A program made the translations under genes and the position numbers. Positions 45,600 through 58,527 of a stretch of DNA of 64,000 nucleotides are shown here, piece by piece (the stretch's first letter is position 1; every line of letters begins with the position of its first letter). The notes under the pieces were generated by a model. It ran no database searches and was not told where the DNA came from. It was given only the letters and a program-made list of their open reading frames with translations. The stretch comes from Octopus vulgaris (Eukaryota): assembly GCA_951406725.2 (NCBI GenBank), contig OX597817.1:142786001-142850000 (forward strand), in the 5' to 3' direction.

Positions 45600-45772
45600 C
45601 ATACATTCATATATATATATATATATATGAATGTATGTATGTATGTATGTATATGTATATGTATGTATATGTATATGTGTGTGTTTATTATTTAGCTGTT
45701 AATGATCTCATTGATAATAATAACCTCTTGGGTGATTTTTTAAGCCACAGACGTAAGAAAAAATAACAAGCA

Positions 45773-45816
<44 letters not shown>

Positions 45817-45827
45817 TAATAATAATA

Positions 45828-45892
<65 letters not shown>

Positions 45893-46159
45893 TAATAATA
45901 ATAATAGCAAAGTCTCAGTAAATTGTGACTTGTAATACGGTTTCCAAATGGAATTGAAGTTATTTCGGTTTAGTTTAAACGGTTAATGCCCTTGGAAGAG
46001 ACTTCGAATTTCCTATCCGCCATTTCTCGCTCTTTTATCAAACATAAGACTGTGTGTGTGTTTCGTCGTATAGAAAGGATTTTCCCCCCTTATAAATAGA
46101 TTTTTAGAAAATTACTATTCTTTTAAATCTCACAACGAGAGATATTCAGCAACAGTACT

Positions 46160-46325
46160 TTGTAGTAAAGATTGTTTGCCAACATGACATGGCAGTCCTG
46201 GTTTAGGACTAATGTTGCTATAATTTAGCCCCAGCTGGAGACAATGTCTCCTGGGGCTAAATTACAGCAACATTAGTCCTAAACGAGGACTGTCATGCCA
46301 TGTTGGCAAACAATCTTTACTACAA
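46160..46325. repeat. 166-bp near-perfect palindrome
   Basis: ~75-bp arms with 4 mismatches plus an inner GGAGACA/TGTCTCC stem. Confidence 0.92.
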
Positions 46326-46507
46326 TAGATTTTTATGTATAAATTTATGGAATAATTTAGTGAGTGTCTGCAGTTGTCGAGAGAGAGATAGGTCGAGAGT
46401 AAGTGGTTGAGGATTCTGTATGGAGACAGAAAATAGAGGAGAGATAAAGGGAGGGCGGAGAGAAAAAGAAGAGGACGAGAATCGATATTAATGACATGAA
46501 AGATTAG

Positions 46508-46583
<76 letters not shown>

Positions 46584-47073
46584 CATCTTTGAGCCAGTGA
46601 AAAATTCACCTTACAGGCTATGATTGACGACAATACTTGCCTAAGGTGCCATTCAGTGCGATATCGTAAATTATATAAATAGCTTTAATACACACTGATA
46701 TCATTCGATCGACCTGAAACTAATTAGTTTTGTGCTTAATTACAAATAATTAATTTTAATGAGAAAACATTGGGACCATGACCTGGTATCCGAGTGAATG
46801 TGCTCCTGTTTAGCTTTATATCAATCTTAATCAAGTAAGTAAAATTATGATTAAAGTATTTCTAACCGTGCCCGTCTTTATCATTCCTGTATATCAGGCG
46901 TGGTTATGTGGTAAGAAGTTTGCTTCCCAACCGCAGGGTTCCAAGTTCATTCCTACTGCATGGCATCTTAGGAAACTGTCTTCTACTATTTCATCGCACC
47001 GACCAGAGCCTTTTTGTGAGTGGATTCGGAAGATGGAAACTGAAAGAAGCCCGAAGCAATAATTATACATATA

Positions 47074-47120
<47 letters not shown>

Positions 47121-47301
47121 AAAAATTATATATAAAAAATACAAAATGTGACAAGGACGCAAAAAACACAAAGAGACGACACAAAGAACGGACGGGTCAT
47201 TCGAAACCTCTAATCTTCAGTCAGGAACCGGATCGTCCTAGCAATTTTCGGCTAATTAATATATATATATACATACATACATATATATATATACATACAT
47301 G

Positions 47302-47367
<66 letters not shown>

Positions 47368-47553
47368 TATTATTTGATTGAACGCCACGCATCCATTTCC
47401 AAGTAAGTTTTATTTTAATATATTTGATACAACACTTTCCTTTACTCCCCCCTCTCTCTCCCTTTCGTTTTCTCTCTCATCCTTACTCTTATTCTTTTTT
47501 CTCCCCTTCACCGTTTTCTATCAGTCGGTGTCTCTCTCTCCATTTTCCTCCTT

Positions 47554-47593
<40 letters not shown>

Positions 47594-48104
47594 GCTCACA
47601 CGTGACCATCATCTATCTTTCCTTTCCTCACGTGAGCATCTTTCTTTTCCTTCAGTCTGTTGGACATTCCTGACGCATTCTTATCTGTCTCCTCTCCTTT
47701 CTTTTCTCTTATCAAAGAATCTTCTTCCAGCGTTCTCTGCCTTACCTCGTCTGAGCCTAACCGCCCTCCCTGTTTGTATTCGTTTCGTTTTGTTTGTTGC
47801 ATGTCCTGTTTTGTTATCAAATTTGACCCTCCGCAAATCCCAAATTTTATTTTTGTTCGCAGGAACAACTGACTTCAAAATCTCACATTTTCGTCCATTG
47901 CTTGAAATAAGGAGAAGGACAGCCGACAACTGATGAAGGGTCGTTTTTAATGTTACTTGTCTTGTTTTCCATTTGTTTCTCTCGTTGTTTGCGTACCCAA
48001 CGTTATTTTCGTATTTCATGTTGTATACGTTTTGTGAAGTCCTGTACCTATATATGCATAACTATATACACATATGCATGTATGTACATATGTGTATGTA
48101 TATA

Positions 48105-48152
<48 letters not shown>

Positions 48153-48407
48153 GAGAGAGAGGGGAGAGAGAGGGGGAGAGAGAGAGAGAGTTTTCTTGTG
48201 TCTGTGTTTGTTCCCAACCAGCATTTGGCAACCGGATTTGATTTGTTTACATCGCAGTAATCTAGCAGTTCGGCAAACTAGAACCGATAGAATAAGTATC
48301 TGGTTTGAAAAGAAAAACTTCTGTCGTTCATCCGTTCGACTGAAATGTTTCAAGACTGTACTGCAGTATGGCCGCGATCAAATGACCGGAACAATTTTTA
48401 AAAAAAA

Positions 48408-48594
48408 CATTATTTACATTATTTACATTTGACGGATATTTGTCCTCATCTTGTTTGTTATTAACACAACATTTCGGCTGATATACCCTCCAGCCTTCAT
48501 CAGGTGTCTTGGGGAAATTTCTTACCTGGGTTCTCATTCCTAATGTATTTTTCGATGTTATTATTATTATTATTATTATTATTGTTGTTGTTTT

Positions 48595-48638
<44 letters not shown>

Positions 48639-48755
48639 GATGATGTTGTTGTTGTAGTCATTGTTGTTATTGTTATTATTTATGTCACTGCCTGGAATTG
48701 AACTCGGAATCTTGGGGTTAGTAGCCCGCGCTCTTAACCACTACGCGATATGTCT
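48408..48755 (-). mobile_element. Second copy of the tRNA-head/(TAA,CAA)n/hammerhead element
   Basis: Head 48755-48684, microsatellite and tail collinear with 39191-39335. Confidence 0.75.
48463..48508 (-). ncRNA. Minimal type I hammerhead ribozyme motif
   Basis: GACAC-CTGATGA-A-GGCTG-GAGGGTATAT-CAGCC-GAAATGTT-GTGTT. Confidence 0.65.
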
Positions 48756-48779
48756 ACGGGCATAATAATAATAATAATG

Positions 48780-48819
<40 letters not shown>

Positions 48820-48833
48820 TAATAATAATAATG

Positions 48834-48896
<63 letters not shown>

Positions 48897-48918
48897 TATC
48901 TTGTTTTATTCATCATCC

Positions 48919-49610
48919 TTTAAATCTTAAGAATATCTTGCAGATTGTTACTGTCCCAGATATCATGATCAGTTGTGGCGTATGAATTAAAGATTTGCTT
49001 TCTGTCTCCATGAATCCAAGTCCAGCGATAATTTTAGGCTGTTCAGTAAGTTTCCCGTTTCTCCAATTATAATAGATATGGAGCTGAAAGAACCTCTGGG
49101 GTAATCGCTCGCAACCTTCTTATCAATAGTTCATAGATGTTTTCTTTCTCGAATATTTTTCTGATCAAGGCGGCGAACTGCCATAAACGTTAGCACGCCG
49201 GGCGAAATGCTTAGTGGCATTTCGTCTGTCTTTACGTTCTGAGTTCAAATTCCGCGGAGATCAACTTTGCCTTTGATCCTACTGGCACCCTCTCCAAAAT
49301 TTTCGAACCTTGTGCCTAGAGCAGAAAAGAATAAGTTTTGCTGATCAAGGCGGCGAGCTGGCAGAAATGTTAGCACACCGGGCGAAATGCTTAGCGGTAT
49401 TTCGTCTGTCTTTACGTTCTGAGTTCAAATTCCGCCGAGGTCGACTTTACTTTTCATCCTTTTGGGGTCGATAACTTAAGTACCGGTTGCGTACTGGTGT
49501 CGATCTAATCGACTGGCCCCCTCCCCCAAAATTTCGGGCCATGTGCCAAGAGTAGAAAATAATTTCTTCTGATCACATTGGTGTCGAGAATGCAGCTGAT
49601 TTCCTCAACT
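48919..49610 (-). mobile_element. Decayed 3' end of a restriction-like-endonuclease LINE, split by a SINE dimer (49169-49560)
   Basis: Fragments translate VEEISCILDTNVI, EKENIYELLIRRL and ISGTVTICKIFLRFK. Confidence 0.45.
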
Positions 49611-51010
49611 GAGTATACGTATGTATGCATATATGTATGTATGTGTGTATATCAGGGTGTCTATGTATGTTTGTGTGCATGCATAATTTTCGAGTTTTAA
49701 GTTCTTAAGCAAGTTCAAGACGGTCGCCAATGTATGTATATATGAACATACGTATGCATGCTTTTTACAGTTTTATGTATGTATATATGTATGTATGTAT
49801 GTATTTCTGTGTGTGTATATGTGTGTGTGTATGTGTGTGTATGTATGTACAGATATATAAAACTATACACGTATATATGCATATAATATAAGAATGTGCG
49901 TATGCTTACATATATACATATACATATGATGCTTATACAGGAATGCACATACATATCCATGTATCTATGTAGATATGCATGTATCTTGTACGTATGTTTC
50001 TATCAATCTGTCTATCTTTCTGACTGTCAATCTATCTATTTGTCTATCTATTATCTCTGCCTATTTCTATCAATGAGTGCGTATGCAGTATTCCTCTTGA
50101 GATTAGCGTCAGTTAAGTATCAATGCTCTTCTTTTCCATGGTACGCCATTCTACTTCACTGCAACATGTTGAGAGAACTAAATTAATTCCAAGCTAGTTT
50201 CCAACCCAAAGCAAAGATACCAGATAGCATCTACACATCACAATGTAATTTAAATTACCCTTTACATACACGTTTCTAATTTTATACATTTAAATAGATC
50301 TTATCTCAGTCTCATCTTGAGGATAATTAAATGAGCTTTCATCACTTGTTACCAAAGCATCTTTGTCCCTCTACAAGTGAGGTCCTCCCAGCTTTTATTA
50401 CGGTGAGAAATGCAAACACTGATCCACAAATCCTAGAAATAGTTTATCGATTTACTTATATCTTACTTGTTTCAGCCATTGGACTGTGGCCATGCTGGGA
50501 CACCGCCTCGAAAGGTTTTAGTCGAATAGATCAACGTCTGTAGGTATTTCGGGCTTTTTTGTTTCTTTTTAGGAGTTATGTTATCGGTCTTTTTTGCCAA
50601 AACATTATCAATACGAGGGTGTCAACAACCCCAAATCAGTTGCCAAACTCTGGCAGTTGTAGGATGACATATGCAAGCACAAATGCACACACATACACAC
50701 ATTCATATATGAGAGGCTTCCCCATAGTTTCCGTCCGCCAAAATTCACTCACTGAATATTGTTCGACCCGGGGCTACAATAGAATTCACTTACCCAAGGG
50801 GCCACGCATTGGAATTGTAACCGAAACCACGTGGTCGCAAAGCAAACTAGAAAGCATTGCCTTGAATTTATTGCCTTACTCATTACCAGAGGCGCACATA
50901 CAATGAAGCTGCCCAACCTTACGACAACAGCATACCAGACGACGAAAGGTTTTCAGGTTATTAACAACATGATGCACATTTACGTTGCCATAAAGGTATC
51001 AGCAGTAACA

Positions 51011-51238
51011 GGCGGCGAGCTGGCAGAAACATTAGCACACCGGGCGAAATGCGTAGCCGTATTTCGTCTGCCGTTACGTTCTGAGATCAAATTCCGCCGA
51101 GGTCGACTTTGCCTTTCATCCTTTCGGGGTCGATTAAATAAGTACCAGTTACGCACTGGGGTCGATGTAATCGACTTAATCCGTTTGTCTGTCCGTGTTT
51201 GTCTCCTCTATGTTTAGCCCCTTGTGGGTAATAAGAAA
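51011..51238 (+). mobile_element. SINE family GGCGGCGAGCTGGCAGAA (many copies, e.g. ~3701, ~7374, ~18323, ~23874, ~36340, ~41110-41515 on -, ~49169)
   Basis: Recurrent head with GAGTTCAAAT-type B box and core GCCTTTCATCCTTTCGGGGTCGAT. Confidence 0.8.
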
Positions 51239-53184
51239 CAGTTATCACCAGTAACAGTAGATAACTAGAGTAGTCTATCTTGGACTAAGAACCACTATAT
51301 ATTAGAAGGGTTATGATTTTACTTTTCAAAAACAGGAAGTAAGAAGGCTTTTGATTTTGATTTACAAGAAAAACAGAGAAGCAGACAAACCTTCTGAACG
51401 TCACAACTGTGAAGTACTTTGCAGAACTAAGACCAAAGACGCCATAATCATCATAAGAAGATCGACCATTCTCGCATGACATACGTAAGAGTCAGAGACA
51501 CAAATTATAAAACATCTAAACTTCAAATTTTGAACATTTACAAGAAATGTGTCGATTCCTTTTTAACAGTAAAATTTGACTACCCAGGCAAGTATTGAAT
51601 AACTTTTTCCGCTCGAATTTCTTGGAGAGGATCTAAAAAGGTGTGATGATGTATGTAACACAGAAACAATGTTCACCTGAATATATTAACTGCTAATTCC
51701 ACTGAATTTCTCCTGAACAGTATAAAATGCCACAAGGTATATATTTACATTGGCTTTGAAATTCCAAAAATATGCTATGAAACAATATCTGCGGTTACAA
51801 TTATCATTTATTCAGTGTGACGTACGTCACAAAGATGTCTGTGACATTTTCAAGATAAATCTTCACCACCTTCCTATAATGTAAATCTGGAGGAAAGTGT
51901 TACAATTGTTTGTTTGTTCCTTCTCGAGCCATGCCTGGCTCATAAGGGCCGGTTTCCCGCTTTTCTTGGCGTATAGGTTCCCCACCTGGACGGGACGCCT
52001 GTCCGTCGCAGGTGAACTGCAAGATGCAGGAGGAAAGAGTGAGAGAAAGTTGTGGAGAAAGAGTCAGCAGAGGTTTACCATTACCTTCTGCCGGAGTCGC
52101 GTGGGGCTTAGGTGTTTCGCTCATAAATACACACATCGCCCGGTCTGAGATTCGAACCCGCGATCCCTCGACATTGAGTCCACTGCTCTAACCACTAGGC
52201 CATGTGCCTCCAAATTATAAATGCGCCCTTTTAAGGCCTAGCCAGGCTCATGGGCCCGGTATCGCGGTTTCTATGGCTTATGTGTTCCCCAGCTGGACGG
52301 GACGCCAGTCCATTGCAGCGTTACTCATTTTTGCCAGCTGAGTGGACTAGAGCAACGTGAAATGAAGTGTTTTGCTCAAGAACACAACGCGTCGCCCGGT
52401 TCAGGAATCGAAACCACAATCTTACGATCATGATGCTGACACCCTAACCACTAAACCACGCGCCCCCACTAAATTGTTACAATATCAATATCTGATTGAA
52501 ACGAAACACCTCAACAGATATATTGTGATTTTTCTGGGCATTATCATAATTTTGAAATGGCGCGTTTCAACAAATGCCGTGTAGTCAGACGGTTCTAATT
52601 TGAAATTAACGTCTCTTCTGAAAAGTTTGAAAACTTCTTGAATGTTCTTTGCGCATGTACATAAACTGGTAAGAGGTATTTAAAATACAATCAGAACGGT
52701 GTGCGTACATACCCAAGCGAACATACATGCATACATACATACATACATACATACATACATACATACATTCATACATACATACATACATACATACATACAT
52801 ACATACATACATACATACATACATACATACATACATACATGAGAGCAAATGGATAATGTGTCAATTCACTACAGCTGTTTGCAACGAATTTTTAATTGTT
52901 TAATGGAGACATTACATCATTAGAAAAAAAACGTTTTTATCAGGTGAATACATAAACCACAAAATCATTCAAAAGCCAATGAGATGTGCACCTCCCTGAT
53001 TCTATGAGCCTAGCTGGTCATAGAATGAATTTGTTAATTCAGTTTGATAATATTATAGGAGAAAATTACCCGATGTCATGCGTGGATAGAGGGAATAACA
53101 AAGATTTATAGCGATGAAAGAGTATGGGACTGGGGGCGGAATCAGACACCGAAGCATCTTACTCCTAAAACTAAGAGCTGTCTT

Positions 53185-53512
53185 CGCTCGTGAGCTTCTC
53201 GCCCAAAACATTGTATTGCTTCTGCATCCGCCCATATTTTGTTCCTGCGGACTTCCGTTAATTTGCCAAGATTAAAATGTTGCTCAAAGGTCACCGTTTT
53301 AACACCGTTGTCGAGATCAAGACCAAATCGCTGAAATGACCTCCACTCGCTTGTGGAAAGCGACTTCCAGGGTGGATTCCAAAAGTGGAAGGAGTACTGG
53401 GAACGGTGTATTGCTGCAAAAGGTAGCTATTTCGAAGGAGAAAATGTTAAAACTTAGGTAAATAAGTTATTTTTTATTAAACATGACAAGTCCAGGAACT
53501 TTTTGTTACATA
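53185..53512 (+). mobile_element. Mariner transposase C-terminal remnant
   Basis: HPP..PADF, LKGHRF and FQKWKEYWERCIAAKGSYFEG. Confidence 0.7.
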
Positions 53513-53897
53513 TATACATACTTAATACCTAACTACCCACCAAACTACATGCATACATGCATAAACACATCCAGCCAGACAGGAAAACAATACTCATTTA
53601 CTTGTTTATGATCCAATAAAAGGGCCTTGTTTCCAGGCTGGAAACAAGGTGAGAAATTCGAAATCTGCAAACTTACACCGTTTTTGGATTCAAAAGCAGT
53701 AGATAGCTACGGAATACCTGTTGAACAAAGGAGATAGGTAAGCAGCGATATTGCCCAAGGGGCGAAAGAAAATGTCGATTACGCTACGCATACGTGGAAG
53801 ATGTCATTACTACCTGGAAGATTATATTGAAATGTCATTAAGATGCTAACTTCCGAAGCGGAATGGTGTTCCTAAAATATATATGTATGTATGTATA

Positions 53898-54016
<119 letters not shown>

Positions 54017-54129
54017 ATATATAGATAGATATATATACATATATATATATATATAGATAGATATATATTGTTATATTTCGGAATGGTCATATTGCCAGTT
54101 TATATGTATATATATATATATATTTAAAC

Positions 54130-54191
<62 letters not shown>

Positions 54192-55441
54192 ATATATATA
54201 CATATATATGTATGTATGTTATGTATGTATGTATGTACGCGTTGCTATCAGTAGGAAAAATAGCCCTGGGACAAACATAGGAAACGTTTCGGATACTGAG
54301 TACATAAATACGTTTTAACAGAAGGAAAATTACTATAACATTCCCGTCGAAAACTCTTCCGCCAAATGCAAAAATACCAGACCTGCTATAGCTATTTGGG
54401 AGTGAAAATGAATATTAATGAATACTTGTATACGTCAGCTGCTCTAAAGATAAAGACCGTAGATATTCTTGGTGCCTGAGATAGTTATTTGCGGGTGAAA
54501 ATGAATATTAATGGAGTGTTAGAGACGTCGTCAGCTGTTCTGAAGATTTAGACAACTGATGTTAAAGAAAATATTTATAGACAACTGCTTCGAAATGTAG
54601 TTTCGCTAACCAGGCGATAAATTTCCTGATTTAGTCTTTGGTGCATTTCGTTATGTTACCAAGTAGTTATACTGAACAGCAAGAGGTTTTCAGATAGGAA
54701 AGAAGCCAGCAGAAATAGCATTTGAAAATTCAGACTATTAGAGGAGCAGATGAGTACAAGCAAGACTTCGAAAATTCAAATTGTTTTTTTTTTTCCTCTA
54801 CCGTGCTGTTATTGCCCGATAAATTGCTGCGATGGGTTTTTGTTGTTTTTTTTGTTTGTTTGCTTTTTGCTTTGTTTTTTGCTTTGTTTTTTTTTTCGGG
54901 GGGTGATGGTTATATATTGGACACCATTGCCTTCTTTCTTGGAAGAGTTCAGAGAATCATAAAATGTTAAATTACAAACATACGTTGGCGGTTTATAAAA
55001 AAAAAGACAGACAGGTAGGTAGGTAGATAGATAGATAGATAGACAGACAGATAGACAAACAGGCAGACGGACGGACGGACGGACGGCGCATTTAGTCGAA
55101 GAAATTGACCCCAGGACTTATTCTTTGTAAGCCTAGCACTAGTTCTATCTGTCTCTTTTACCGAATCGTTATGTGTCGGGGAAGTAAACACACCAACATC
55201 GGTTGCCAAGCCATGGTGGGGGTGGGAAACACAGACACAAAGTCACAAACATATCAATATATACATATATATACACGACGGGCTTCTTTCAGTTTCCGTC
55301 TACCAAATCCACTCACAAGGCTTTGGTCGGCCCGAGACTATAGTAGAAGACACTTGCCCAAGGTTGCATGCAGTGGGATGAACCCGGAACCATGTGGTTG
55401 GTAAGCAAGCATCTTACCACACAGCTACGGCTGTGCTTATG

Positions 55442-55484
<43 letters not shown>

Positions 55485-55489
55485 GTATG

Positions 55490-55538
<49 letters not shown>

Positions 55539-55603
55539 CGGTGCCCCAGCATGGCCACAGCTCGTGAGCTGAAACTAGATAAAATAAAATAAAATAAAAT
55601 AAA

Positions 55604-55634
<31 letters not shown>

Positions 55635-56129
55635 CATATACATATATATTGATATATATGTATTTATATATATATACATTTATATATATATATTATATTA
55701 TATATAAAACAACCACAATGGCATAAAACCGTGCTATTGTGACGGTTAATATATTCACGGATATTCTGGAATACAATAGAGTAAGCCGTTTCTGATGGAA
55801 TGACACCAGTGTCCGTCTGCCAGTTTTTTTTTGTTTTCCGCCGCATCACTGTAATTATAGAAATGCTAGCATATAAAAGAATTACAATGGAGCAATTTAT
55901 ACCTGTTTTCAAAAAAGATTACGAACACAGAATTGAAAAATATTACAAGTAAAAACCGATATCCAAAAATATATAAAAGATTCTTTGAAATAATTAAAGT
56001 ACTGTAAGACAAAATCCTATTATTGGATTGTCAGATAAATTCGTTCGTTTTTTTCTTCCTTGCTTTTTGTTTTTTTTTTTCTTCAGTTATTTCAATCTTC
56101 ATCTTTCATCAACATTTTTTAATAAAACA

Positions 56130-56290
56130 GTCAATGTGTTCTCCTTCATTGTTCGCGACCTCTTACCAATGCTTCACTAGCTTTTCAACGCCTTGATAAT
56201 AGAAATCTTGACTCGAAGAATTTATCGAACCACGTTTTGAGATCCAAGTCATTGTTGCACGAAATATCTCGCAGACGTTTGGAAAGCGAC
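56130..56290 (-). mobile_element. Mariner transposase C-terminal remnant
   Basis: KTWFDKFFES / DFYYQGVEKLVKHW*EVANNEGEH. Confidence 0.5.
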
Positions 56291-56321
56291 TGGAAAATGT
56301 AATAATATGATGGCACGATAA

Positions 56322-56824
56322 GGCGGCGAGCTGGCAGAAACGTTAGCACGCCGGACGAAATGCTCGGCCGTATTTCGCCTGTCGCTAAGTTCTGAGTTCA
56401 AATTCCGCCGAGGTCGACTTTGCCTTTCATTCTTTCGGGGGGTGGATAAATTAAGTACCAGTTACGCACTGGGGTCGATGTAATCGACTTAATCCGTTTG
56501 TCTGTCCTTGTTTGTCCCCTCTGTGTTTAGCCCCTTGTAGGTAGTAAAAAAAGGAGGTATTTCGTCTGCCGCTACGTTCTGAGTTCACATTCCGCCGAGG
56601 TCGACTTTGCCTTTCATCCTTTCGGGGTCGATTAAATACGTACCAGTTACGCACTGGGGTCGATATAATCGACTTAATCCGTTTGTCTGTCCTTGTTTAG
56701 TCCTCTCTGTGTTTAGCCCCTTGTGGGTAGTAAAGAAATAGGTATTTGGTCTGTCTTTACGTTCTGAGTTCAAATTCCGCTGCGGTCAACTTTGTCTTTC
56801 ATTTTTTCGAGGTCGATAAATTAG
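56322..56824 (+). mobile_element. SINE with internal ~180-bp tandem triplication
   Basis: GTATTTCG..GTTCTGAGTTCAAATTCCGC segment occurs three times. Confidence 0.8.
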
Positions 56825-57387
56825 TATTTTTGTTGTTAATTCAAATAACACCGGAAAGAAATAAAAGAATTTATTTGACGAGCTAATATAATAATGATAA
56901 TATTTTTCGTGCAGATTGCTCAGTAAAGCGAGACATCAGCTCCAACATCAAAACATTTACTTCATAAATCCAACTGTGGACTTTTATATTAAACTTATAA
57001 AGCTTTTAACGTATTCTCTTCTCCGTTTTTAATTGTTTCTATAGGATACTTGTTCTATAAATGTTCATAACACACCTTGTACTTGTAACATTTTCATATT
57101 CGCAAAATACTTACAATAGTAAGCTACCAATTTTATATGAAGAATCTTTATAAGAAATTGAACTTTGGAACCCTCCAAAGTAAAGGATGATATAGAACAC
57201 AACCTTTTCTCTCTCTCTCTCTCTCTCTCTATCTCTATCTATCTATCTCTCTCTCTCACACACACACACACATACACACACACACATATTTATATATAAA
57301 ATTAATTTAGGGTAGAAATTGATATTTATCAATTAGAACCAGTGGTCTAGCATATTAAAAAAACCCGAAGATTAAAATATTTATATA

Positions 57388-57503
57388 TACCAATTAAGGA
57401 CTGAACACGAAAAGTGGACAGTCAACATGCTAGATAATGGCGATTTGACGTCTATATCTAGCATGTTGACTGTCCACTTTTCGTGTTCAGTCCTTAATTG
57501 GTA
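57388..57503. repeat. Perfect 49-bp inverted repeat with 18-nt spacer
   Basis: TACCAATTAAGG...CATGCTAGATA / TATCTAGCATG...CCTTAATTGGTA. Confidence 0.95.
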
Positions 57504-57583
57504 CATATTTATATATATGTGGAGAAAAAGTCAAGGTAGAAAATGATAAAATAAGTTTTAAAATTTTGTTAAAAATATTATTT

Positions 57584-57619
57584 CAGTACCGGTTTCGGTC
57601 ATTGAGACTTTTTCAACTG
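57584..57619 (-). ncRNA. Hammerhead-like motif with U3-A8 core variant
   Basis: CAG-TTGAAAA-AGTC-TCAAT-GACC-GAAACCGGTA-CTG; palindromic ACCGGT. Confidence 0.5.
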
Positions 57620-57764
57620 TAAGTATGGAAAACAATTAAATTTTGGAAAAATTAAATGAAAAGTACTTTAAAAGAATATTTGCATAGTATTCAAATACAA
57701 GTGGTATTTTTCTTGTTTCTGTCTGTCTCTGTCTCTCTTGTTTACTCTCGTGGGTTCGAGGTCG

Positions 57765-57833
<69 letters not shown>

Positions 57834-58455
57834 AGCAAGAGATTTCTTTCGGGTTCCGTCGAGTGAATCCACTTCTATGGATTTGGTCGGTCCGAGTGCA
57901 CTTGCCTGAAGTGCTACACAGTGGTACTGAGCCCGGAACCAAGGTGTTTGGAAGCGAACTTCTTTCCACACAGCCACACCCACGCCTGTAAAGATTTTTT
58001 TTAACGTTTATTATCTAGAATGATTAAACTACCTTCGGCTCTGACATCAAAATGTCATAAAGACCTATAAAACGAAACCCCATACGGCCGTTTTTAACAG
58101 AGCCATTCTTAGCGATGATAAAGCAACCACGTTGCAAATTGATTGAAAGTAAAGAAACAAGAATAGATTTCGCTTCTTCTTGTTCTTCTTCTTTAGATTG
58201 TCTGTCTGTTTGTCTCCGTTTCGTATATTTTCGTGATGCATTGCCACGATATGTTCAGACTTGACAGAATTAACTTGGATTAATTCCAGACTTTTTATTA
58301 TAATGATTTGGTGAGATAACTGATCAAATTGCCAATAAATTAATTGAAAACACGATCAGTTCTTACTCGGATGCTGATGATGCTGATTCGATGGAAATAG
58401 ATTTCTTTTTTCCTCATATATATATATATATATATACATACACACATACAAATAC

Positions 58456-58527
<72 letters not shown>

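Noticed and set aside
47925-47945. CTGATGAAGG as a hammerhead; similar partial cores near 47200-47250 and 39457
   Set aside because: No matching stem II and GAAA-NUH half in the right arrangement; at most truncated relics
51816-51831. 16-bp palindrome TGTGACGTACGTCACA (CRE-like half sites)
   Set aside because: Isolated, with no adjacent gene or other support
54388-54547. Two diverged ~60-bp direct repeats
   Set aside because: Ordinary short tandem duplication with no further structure
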